A DNA stretch of 64,000 bases. Origin: Bugula neritina. Taxonomy: Eukaryota > Animalia > Bryozoa. The stretch lies in the NCBI GenBank assembly GCA_964035545.1, contig OZ037768.1, forward strand, positions 21,733,319 through 21,797,318, read 5' to 3'. The position numbers were made by a program, and so were the translations under genes. Of the stretch, positions 49,383 to 61,400 are shown one piece after another. The number at the start of each line of letters is the position of its first letter. Position 1 is the stretch's first letter. The notes beneath the pieces are model-generated. The model had not been told where the DNA came from. It saw only the letters and a program-made list of their open reading frames with translations, and ran no database searches.

Positions 49383-50544
49383 AGCAATCAGATTGGTAAT
49401 TCATTCCTTAAAATAAAACCTTAGCCATTCTCACTAAAACAAAATGCTTAATTATAAAATACGTCACCAACTCTAAAAGTTGTAGCAAAACTCTTAGAAT
49501 AGGTAGCACCTAAACTCAGAAAGTTGTCAGGTTTTCCAGCTTTAAAAGTTTTATTGCGTGTTTTTAACGTAATGGTGGTTTTGTAAATAGCCGTTACACT
49601 AAGGTTGCAAATACTTAATCCTCATTATATGCAACTGCATTGAACAGAGTAATTATTGGACTTTCTGATTTATATTTAGGAAATGAGCTTTTTTACACAT
49701 GCCCTACTACTTGCTAGCATCTAACCACTCGCTATGAAAGAGGAAGATTTGAATCTTTTACTTCCCTACAAGTACATGCATGCTGATGCTGTGGAAAATG
49801 AAATAAATTGCATGTTTACATGTGCCTCGTGCATTTTAGGTCAGCCCTGATCTGAAAGTGAATGAGCCCAGCATAGTAATTGTAAATGTAACAGTAATGG
49901 TTATGTGGTCAATAGCTTACAATAACTCGAAGATAGTTGTCAAAAGCGACACAGTATCACTATCAGTATGAGTAGGGACTAATTTTCGAGTTAAACCTAC
50001 CTCTACAGCCTTTAGCTTTCAGTTTTAGTCAATTTAATATATTTTTTTATTTAATCATTAGAGTAGAAGTAGATAATTATCATTATAATAAAATATTGAA
50101 GCCATTACAGTTACTATTAGTATTAACTATTATTCAATATGAATATACAAATATGAAATAAACATAAACTGAAACTCAAGTTTAAAGGCAAATGTTAAAG
50201 AGTTGATATACTTTTACTTTGACTCTTACAGTTACAGTTAGTGTTACAGTTACTCTTAGTCTTTGAGTTTCAGAATTCAGTGTGCAATAAACTTGAAGTT
50301 GAAGTGGAGAGATCAACTTATCAACTTCAAGATGAAGATGTTAAATCGCTGCAAGATGGGTAACATTAACTTTAAGTTTAACTGATTAATGAGAACTACT
50401 ACTAGAACTAGAAGAGAATGCGTTACAGTCACAGTTTGAGTAGCAACTATTGTCTCGTTTCATACCCAAGTATGAATTTCAATTTTGCTGTAAATTATTT
50501 AAAGTTAATCTAAAAACACAGTAAAGCTTGCTCACTGACTCACC

Positions 50545-51550
50545 AAGTAAAATTAAGCATGTATTTTCAATAGCAAAATAATTATTTTAGCGTGAGTAAC
50601 TGAACTTATCGAAGGGTGGTGTATGCTGTTTTCTGTGTAGTGGCGATTGAGGTTACGATGAATGCTATCAAGACTTATTTTTCGAATAGAGAAACCTGTT
50701 TAAGGCGTAAACGTTACAACTAAACCTAGCGAATAATGTTTTTTCTGCAACTCCGAATCACAGTCTTAGCGGAAACAGGAGTTTCATTTTGGTAAAAATC
50801 TGGTTTTTTCCAAGTTCTCTAACTTTTTCACTACTTGACAATTTTAAAATTAAAAACTCTCCCATAGTCCAGTTTTTTCGGTTTAGTTTTGCGAAACTAA
50901 GTTGCATAGCACGATGATAGTGATAATCATTATTATAAGAAGCATCTCCAATGTAAAATAAGAGCTCATTCAATATCATTTAGGCCTAATGATTTATGGT
51001 TTTGATTAAACTTTAATAGTTTAAACTTTAAAGATTATCATATTCATTATCATTATGATTAGTCATTATGATTTTAATTCTCACTATACGTGATTATCAT
51101 ACTCATAATGATTATCTGATAATGATTATTATTAATATTTATGTTATTATTAATTATTGTTATTTAAATTAATCAATTATGAAATTGAATTCTCATGATT
51201 GATGATATTGATTATCATTATGATTATGATTATAAAATTAAAAAGAAATGTGCCTTAAAACTAAGAATAAGTTAATGAGCCCAACCCTCACTCTGTCGTT
51301 ACTCTGAATCTCTCTAGGCTTAAACTGTAAACAACTGTTGAACAACTACAACCTACAGGCTACAAGTACAAGTACATGTTTTGCTAAAAAGTAAAACGAA
51401 GAACTCAGAGCTAGGCTGGGTATCAGTATGAGTATGAGAATGAATCTGGGAACTGTGAGTGTGGCTCTGACTGTCGTTGCCAGTGGTCAAAATTTACTGT
51501 TTGAGTGAGTGTCAATGTAAAAGACTTCCAACGAGTGGCCATGGTCACCT
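50545..51550. promoter_or_regulatory. Divergent promoter region, ANO8 / GGA
   Basis: A minus-strand GTGAGT donor near 50543 and a plus-strand GTGAGT donor near 51555 imply non-coding first exons about 1 kb apart. TSSs not determined. Confidence 0.55.
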
Positions 51551-52497
51551 GGTGTGAGTATTGTGTGGTGAGCTGATGGTGATTTGGATTGCTTATATTT
51601 TTAGGATTGATATACTACAACTAAAAATTAAATGTAATATTTTATTATAATTTAGGTGTTCCAATTTAAAACTTAGTCTTAAGAGCTAAGGAGCAGAGCT
51701 TACTAGCCCTTACCCCACTGCTCCACCTTTAATTTTTCATTTCAAGATTGAACTTTTAAATTGCTTATATAGTAGGTATAAATTAATAAATAATAGCTAT
51801 TATGTTATATTATATACACACATACTAGGCTCAAACAGGCTCATGTCAATTGATAGCTATTGCTAGTTACTCAAGCGTTGCTTTTAGTATCAAATCATCA
51901 AGCGATATAAATTAATTCCATATGACTTGCCCACAGCTGCTGCATGGCTTAATTAATTTCATTTCAAAAAACATTGAGTAGCGAATTTAACAACTTTAAA
52001 GCATACTTGAGCTTGCCTTTCAGCTGTTAATGGGTTGCCAACTAATTAAATGGCAAACCTAGCCCTGGCAGATGCAAATAATTTTATTCATCATATGAAG
52101 TTTTTACTATCAGTTATTTCGTAAATAAGGATGTAGTTTCACATTTTGTTGGGTGAATTCTGTAAATCAATTTTGATCTACTTTGTTTAAAAAAGTATTT
52201 CTAGCCAGCCAAGTTCATATAATAAGTATATTTATATTTTTTGTTTTAATAATACTGCAGTTTCAAACTAAATGAGTCTAAATTTTGTGGCAGATTTTAT
52301 CTAATTTTGATAAAACTTATGTTCCAACTGCTCTCCATTACTATTTCTATTATTTTGCTAGACACACTAAAACCACTTTACAGAAAATAAGAATTATTTT
52401 CTTTTATCGCAGAGTTAGTTATCGTCACCTCTGGTGTGCGGAAGCTGGGAGAACTTCTACTCTATCAGTGAATAAATACTTATATTTCGCTATCACT

Positions 52498-55400
52498 ATG
52501 AGCAATCCTGAATCCCTGGACCTACTTCTGTGTCAGTATATTATTTACCTGGAAATATGTTGTACTGGGTTTGGTAATCAGTTTAGATAAAGATGCTGTT
52601 AGCAAGTAAATTACACCTATGTAAGCATATCTGTTGTGTAGTATATGTCAAAACATGCATATATGTTTATATTGAAAAACACTATATATAAAGTTAGTTA
52701 TTTTATTTATTGTAGTGAAAACATGTTTATTATTCTAATAACAATCATCAATATAATTTTGTAAAAGTCTGTCTCAAAAGAACTATGCTTGGGTAGTTTT
52801 CGGTTTGAACCCTTGTAACACCTAGTAGGTGAATCTATCCAATACATTACATAATCAGTCACAGAATAATATAAACAGGTAGTGAATTTACTAGAAGTTT
52901 CTCTCATGATATGCTCTGATTTCTCTGGCAAATGGATAAGTTCTAATTTTAATTATAGTTAATTAAATTCTATAACCTACATTATAAGTAAGACGTACCA
53001 TACTAACACAGTTTAGATATTAATTTATTGTTTACAAAATATGCTTATCTATGTTGTGTTGCAGCTGAATGTACAAAGTCGACTGATAGTGCCTTAGATG
53101 CTGCCTCCGTGGAAAGATTCTGTACAGCAATTAATAATGACTTAGATGGGCCGGTAACGGCAGCACGGTTACTTGGTCATAAAATACAATCACCTCAGCA
53201 GCAAGAGTCACTCAACGCACTTTGTGTATGTCTAACTATACCATACTACAGTGTCTTCAGTCTAACTATACTGTACTAAATTGTTATTCAGTCTAACTCT
53301 ACCATACTACATTGTTAGTCAGTCTAACTATACTGTACTACAGTGTTATTCAGTCTAACTAGACTGTACTACAGTGTTATTCTGTCTAACTATACTATAC
53401 TAAATTGTTATTCAGTCTAACTATACTGTACTACATTGTTGTTTAATGTCCATTTAGCTTGTGTATAGCTAAGTATATTCTACTACATTGTTCTTTAATG
53501 TCCATTTAGCTTGTAAGAGGGTTATAATGTGTATTTCTCACAGCTTCTATTGTTTTGACTGTACAAAATGATAAAAATTATTTCACTTAATGCTCAATAG
53601 ATTTTTATTTTTGATCTAGTCATGGTTTTGTACAGTATGTTGCATTTCACTCAATCTCAAGCTACTTCTCTTGTATACTTTTTGTAGTGTGAACTTGAAG
53701 TTTAATTCTGTTATCAACAGTTTTTTTTAAAATTATCATGTTTGCAATTTTGTTGCTGAGTTTTAGTACATAAATTTAATCTCTGAATTAAGGTAGGCTT
53801 TTTGCTGAATTGAAGATATTTGTTTCTTTTTTGCAAGTATGTAATGTTTAACACCAATTCTACTGTGAAGCTGGTGTGTATGTTTACATGTTTGTATTAA
53901 TAACTATTCTTTGAAGGTAACTGATGAATGTGTGAAGAAGTGTGGGGGGCGTTTCCAGTCTGAAATTGGAAAGTTTAGGTTTCTTAATGAAATGATAAAA
54001 ATGATATCCCCCAAGGTATGCTCCTTTTTGTTAGTCAATACTTTAGAGTCGTTTTGAATGTGTAGCTTGTAGTATTTGCCATTGTCAGTACTTTAAAACT
54101 TCCCTGTCATCATACCCTTTATTTGTATTTTGCTAGATTTAAAATTAAATTAAAATTTAACTACCATCTGCTTGTAATAAATGGCTAATGTGCATAGGGT
54201 TATTATATTTGCTATCTTGTCAGTTTGTATGCATTGAATTTGGAAAGAAGTTGAGACTTTGCCTGTTGGAGTAGGTGTTCTGTTTGTCTGTTTTCTTGGA
54301 TAGAATTACTGAAAGCTAGTCTTTGGCGTAATGTGCCCCATCATCACCTCTTTGGCTTTTCTTTTTATTTGCCAAATATTTTGATGAAATAAACCAAACA
54401 GGGAACTGTAAAAGAATTATTTTTCCATTTTCTTTGTTTATTTGCTGTTGATTAATGATGTACTGAGTTTTACTCAACATATTTTTGCAGTATTTTGGGG
54501 ACAAAACTTCAGCAAAAGTAAAAGATAAATGCATAGAGCTGTTATATAAATGGTCTCTTGACTTGAGACATGAACCAAAGATTCTAGATGCTTATGAAAT
54601 GCTGAAAAGACAGGGTGAGTTTGAGTACTATTTTCAGTCAGTCTCAGTACTACTCACAGTCAGTCTTAGTACTGCTCACAGTCAGTCTCAGTACTAATTT
54701 CACTCAGTCTCAGTACTACTCACAGTCACTTCTTAGTACTACTTTCAATTAGTCTCAGTACTACTTGCAGTAATTTTCTGTTCTACTTTTAGTCAGTCTT
54801 AGTTCAAAACTAACAGGTATTTAAGGCATTCGCTTGCCTTGTTTTTAAGAATTCAGGTGTAATAAATTCACAAACACAGCTTTTTGAGGAAAGGAAATAT
54901 CAATTTGTTGCATTGTCGGTTCTTGGAGCTCTAAATGTTTGTTCAATGATGGGATAGAAACTTGATGCTGCTCTGTTTATGACTCAGGGATTTCTGTACC
55001 AACCAACTATAAGCGGTTTGTTCTATGGATGGGTGTCTTGCAGGTATTATTGATGAGGATCCAATACTGGGCGGTGCTAGTGCGACTAACGGCGACGTTG
55101 CAATGGAGGCATATCCTGCTGCTAACGAAATGGGCGGGGCAACTAGCGAACAAACTGACCAATCAATTTTTGATGATGAAGATAAATCAAAGGTAAACTC
55201 ACTGTCTAAGGAGTGATTTTATAAAAATTGTCAACATTTAAGGAAATCTACCAAGTATTTTTTCTATTGCAGTTTCATGAAATTAAGAAAAGTTAATCTA
55301 TAGCTCTACATCTGTGTTTATATCTCTGTTACTAAAATTATTGTAAATGTTGAATTCATCTCTGAATCCACACTGTACTACTCTTACATCTAGTTGTTAG

Positions 55401-58400
55401 CCAAACTACTCAGAAGTAAACACCCTGATGACCTTCAAGCAGCAAATACATTAATAAAAAATATGGTGAAGCAAGACGAAGAGAAACAAGAAAAAATATC
55501 ACAGAGGTATGTGATTTTACTCGCTACATTTGTGTGTTTAGTTAGGGGTTTCAGTGAGGTGTAGTTAATAGTGTCTTGCCTGCTCCTATGCAAAGCATAA
55601 GTTAACTTTTAAAAATTCTGCTCCTGGAAGAATGATATAATTTTTTGAACTAAAGTAATAAAGGTGTCGTGGGCCGTATGTAAATGTTGGCACATTAAGT
55701 TTGCTAATAAGAAAGCCTACTCTGTCATTTTTCTTTTTTAATAAACTGAAATGCATTTAGGTCTGCTAAATTATTCTTTCAAGTTGTTTTACAGAAGATT
55801 ATTCTGTCAACTTTATGCAGGTACAATCTGTTAGAAACGGTGCGTAATAACGTGAAGTTACTCAGTGAGATGTTGGACTGCTACCAGATGGCTGGCGGGT
55901 CGTCCAACTCAGATAAAGATATTATCAAGGAGCTGTATAAAAATATAGACAAGGAGAGACCTAAACTCTTTAGGCTGGCCAGTGAGACGGAGGATAAAGA
56001 TTCTGATGGCATGAGTGAGCATCACACAGCGTATAATGTTATATAATATTGTGTTATATAATATTGTGTTATATAGTAATGTGTTATATAGTATAGTATA
56101 GTGTTATGTAATATTGTGTTATATAATATTGTGTTATATAATATAATGTTATATAATATAACATTATATTATATAATTTTATATAATATATAATGTTATA
56201 TAGTATTGTATTTTGTTTTATTGGATCATAAATTTTTTATTATTAGTTATGTTAAGATTTTCTAAGAGAAAATAAGAAAACTAGTGTAAAGAGTTTCTTG
56301 TAACCAATAAGCTGGAGGGTTGGCTGGGAAAAGAGAGGTTATCTTTGTGTATGAACTATTCTCCATATCTAGTTTTTAGTCATCAGTTTTATTGAAAAAT
56401 TCTAAATTTTGCTTCAATTGGGTTGATTTTCTTCCTTCTTTAACGCTGGTTTGGTGGGGCACTGAATGAGGGTTTCCTCCACACTGCAGGAGATGTAGCC
56501 TAGTTCTCTGATATACCTAGTGGCTACTTACTACTGATACTGTATCTCAATATATTGGTGATTCTTCTTTCAATGATTCCTGAAAACTTGTACTGTAAAT
56601 GTAATCAGTCTCACAGTGGTTTTAGTAAGTTTTTCCCATTATTCAATGTGAACTAGATTACTGAATACACCCTGTATATTATACTAATATACAGGGTGTA
56701 TTTACTATGTTTAATGGGCCATGTTAGACTAGTCTATCCATTCGAGGTTTGGTTAAATGACAGTCTACAATCCTATGTCTGGGGAACATCTTTCTAGTGT
56801 AGTTTATTGATGACAGTGTGGGTTGGGTATAATATGCAATCCTATAGTTTATAGTAATTAATGTATGTAGCGTATAATATAGTAGTAATATATAGTATAT
56901 GCAGTACTATATATTATAGTGTAGTTGGTAATATATATTAGCATATAGTAATATATAGTAGCATATAGTAGTATATAGTAATGTATAGTAATATATATTA
57001 GCATATAGTAACATATAGTAGCGTATAGTAATATATATTACTTTATAGTAGTATATAGTACCAGATACTAATATATATAGTAATATATAGTAAATGTGAA
57101 TTCGCAGGTCAAATACTTCAAGTAAATGATGACGTGGTGACGGTATCTCAGAGGTATAAACAAGTCATAGACGGTAGTAAGTATAGCCTCTGGTCCTGAT
57201 CAACTTTGCCCAACACTACACACTATTATATATAATAATGTTGTGATATGCTGGATGTGCTGAGGCTATTATTGATTTCAGTTACTGTATTTTTTATTGT
57301 TGGTATAGAAGTAGAATAAACCTTCAAAATTACTCAAAGTTTTGAAGAAGAAAAATTAACATTTTGTATCTTTTAAAGGTTCTAAGAATAGCTGCTTGTA
57401 TTACATTCTTGGTGCAAAGGACTAGATTGATAAACCAGTTGACATGTATTCTACAGCTTTTAGTTGTATTCCAGTTAATTAATAGCATGTGAACACTTGC
57501 CTTCAATTTAATGTACACCTCTTGGCATTGAAAGTATTACATTGTAAGTTATCTTATTGAAGTAAGGCATGACTACTTTTACTTTAACTAATTCAGTAAA
57601 TATATTGAACATGTTTGTTAGTAAATGAAAGTTTAATTAGACTACACTTTTGTAAACTCTCTTCTTGGGTTCCTAATTTCTACTAAGCTAACGCATGTCT
57701 TCCAGTGCTGGAGTTATTACATACTTTAGTTTTTATGTTATCTGAATTCAGGTGAAGAAAAGACCAGCGAGAAGAAACCAGAAGCAAATGCCTTGTCAGA
57801 AGATCTGGCTGGACTTGGTAAGTCGTAGTATATACGGATAGTACTAGTAGTACTATTAGTACTAGTCCTATTAGTACTAGTACTAATAGTATAGTTACTG
57901 TGTAGTATATACTAATAGTATAGTTACTGTGTAGTATATACTAATAGTATAGTTACTGTGTAGTATATACTAATAGTATAGTTACTGTGTAGTATATACT
58001 AATAATATAGTTACTGTGTAGTATATACTAATAGTATAGTTACTGTGTAGTATATACTAATAATATAGTTACTGTGTAGTATATACTAATAGTATAGTTA
58101 CTGTGTAGTATATACTAGTAGTATAGTTACTGTGTAGTATATACTATACTTGAAGTAGAAATTACTGGCAAAACTGATGTTTAAAGAAATTCAAATGGTT
58201 TCTTTAGATGTCTCAACTTGTATAACCATCTAAGAGGCCATATGGAACATGGTATCATTCTATCCCTATACGCTGTTATTGTTTTATTCATAGACTTGGG
58301 TCCAACATCAACAAACTCATCAGAGGTTTTCTCAGCATTTGAGGGAGCCCCTGCACCAACTACACAAGCATCCGATATCTTAGCCTTATTTTCCGCACCA

Positions 58401-61400
58401 GCAGTAGCAGCTCCCTTGTCTGTAAGTCTGCTCTCTGTACAACATTATTATGACGTGCCAACTTGGGGTGTGGCTGAATTATAAACTCAAAACTGCACCA
58501 AATGGGGGAAGGAAATCAACCTGGTTAGTGCAGGTTTAAAAATGCTTAATTTAGCGAATCGAGTTCAGCCTTTTTTGAAAATAGTGTTTGCACAGTGACC
58601 TAGCATCTTTGATGTTCCTCATAACCTGCGTAACTGTTTCGTTAATTCTAATGTTGGCTTTTGTACAATTTATGAAAATAAAATGGGATTTTGTCTGATA
58701 ACATTTAAATTCTTACATGAACAGTCATTTTTCAATAAGCTGTAATTTCAAATCACTCTTTGCACATCATTGTTTATGTTGCCATAGTTACCGTTTATGT
58801 TTCCATGGCTGCAACATGCTATTGGATGGCACTACTATTTACGTTGTCATGGTTACAGCAACCTACCCAATTTCCTCCCTCGACTTTGCTCAATCCTGCA
58901 CCCACTTTTTCACCATTCAACACGGCATCTCCAGTTCAAGCAAACCTGTCACATGCCAAACCAGCAGCTCCAGTCGCTCCAGTAGCACCCACAGCACCGG
59001 CCGTGACGTCGAATTTAGATGATATCTTCTCCTTCAACTCACCTGTAACTTCCAACACTTCTACAACGGTTTGTGCTTCTCTATACATACATACATACAT
59101 ACTTACATGCATACATACATACATACGTACGTACATACATACATACATACATACATATGTACATACGTACACACGTACATACATATATACATACGTACAC
59201 ACGTACATACATATATACATACGTACACACGTACATACATACATACATACATACATATGCTATAGCGTATACTATAGCAGATACTATAGCAGTTATCTAC
59301 ACCTGAATTGTTGTGTCTTCCACTTTATTTTGATTGATTAAAAGACAAGAAATGCAGTAAACAATGCTGTATTAATCAAACAGGTTCATTTAGAAAGGAA
59401 ACATTTCACTCAAATACTGACGTGCAGATGGGGGCGTGTAGAATAACTTCCGTTAGCATATATAGCTCGGCTCATTCTATTCAGTAAAATATTTTCACTG
59501 TTTTCAATGTCGTGCAGTTTCCTTGTGGAGATTCTGCTGGTACCGTGTGTTTTATGATTTACAGAGTGATAGCAGCGTATTTTGTGTGAATTTCAGTATA
59601 CATGTGTGTTACTCTACAATATAAATGTTTCTATGAAGTATGAGTTTGCTATAATTAATGTGTGTGGAGTGTTGGTATAATGAGTGTGTGTAGAATCAAT
59701 GTTCTGGTGAATTGTGTGATATATGCTCTTTATATAACATTCAGTATGTTAGAATGTATGTTATACTGTAGTTATATATTTTAACTACAGTATACAGTAT
59801 AATATATACATACGTGTGTGTGCAGGCCAGTGTGGATGTATATATATGTACATTTATATGTACATATATATATATGCTATAGTTATACTCTATATGTCAT
59901 GTATATTTTTTACTATGTGTATAGTTATATATAGTTATACGGTATTCTTGTTTAGCTGTGACGTTGTGTTTTCAGCCAGCAGAGCCAAGTAAAACCCTTT
60001 CTGCACAGCATACAGAGCAGAACGCTGACGACATCGGACTGCTGTCTCTCGACAGCTCCGTGACGCCGGGACTCGCTGCTCCGCTACTTCCTGTCAACGA
60101 CTCGCCATCCCGTGAGCTCTATAGTCACTGTCTCACTAGTACTCTATACTCACTCTCACACTAGTACTCTATACTCACTCCCTCACTAGTACTCTATAGT
60201 CACTGTCTCATTAGTACTCTATACTCACTCTCTCACTGGTACTCTATACTCACTCTCTCACCAGTACTCTATAGTCACTGTCTCAATAGTACTCTATACT
60301 CAACCTCCCACTATTACTCCAGTAATAGTACATCACATCACGTGCTACTTTGTTATTCACTTCTAATTCTGATATAATCATCATAATACTCGCTTTGGCT
60401 TTTTCCAAAACTGTCAAGTTGCACATATTTCAATTCACTTAAATTCCATGTGCTGTATTCTACTGTGCTATATTATAGTGGTATACATATAATATAGTGA
60501 ATATTATACAATATTATAGTTTAATATCCTTTAATGTTATACAATATAATATAATACATTGTGGTATAATGTATTATACTAATAATGCATGTGTTATGTT
60601 ATTATATACAAGAAAAGGTTTTTGCCAAACTTGAGTTTGTCTTTGAAATTTTAAGTTGTCTTTTCTCAATTATTTTATTTGATTATTAACACTAAAACAC
60701 TAGAAATTCTTGATATTAAAAAGAAAGTAGGCTTTTATAATTTCACCATCCCCAGAGCTTTATTTGTGACTTTTACTCATAATATTGTATGTAGTTTAGA
60801 CATGATATCTGCTATGCAACATTTGAAAGTGTGATGCGTTAGTTTCACGCTAGGATGATTTTGTTTGGGCAGTATTTGACCTGGAAGGGAAGACAGAGGA
60901 AAATCTGTTTGACGGCAGCAACAATAAAAAGTCAGCGCTCGAAGATCTCGACTTTCTCGGGCAGGATTTGCTTCAGAAGACTAAACCAGCCCAACAAGCT
61001 GTAGCGACACCCATGTATGTATGCTGTATGCTGTATGTATGGTACGATACATGTATGTATTCCATATGCTGTATGTATGATACGATACATGTATGCTGTA
61101 TGCTGTATGTATGATACGATACATGTATGCTGTATGCTGTATGTATGATACGATACATGTATGCTGTATGCTGTATGTATGATACTATACAGTAGAATAC
61201 GCTGCTGGTAATGTGTTTACTTTGTGTGCTGCACAAGCTTTAATGAAACGGTAAACGGTTGACCCTCCCCTTCCTTTGTGTTGATGTCCGTATTGGTAGT
61301 GGGAATTGTGCTAATAGCAATAGCAATATTATTAGTGGTGGTAGTAGGGATTGTAATATTAGTAATAGCGGTAGTAGTAATGGCTGTAGTAGTAATGAAT

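Noticed and set aside
58936-59306. ORFs rich in YIHT/MYVC repeats
   Set aside because: Translations of the (TACA)n microsatellite.
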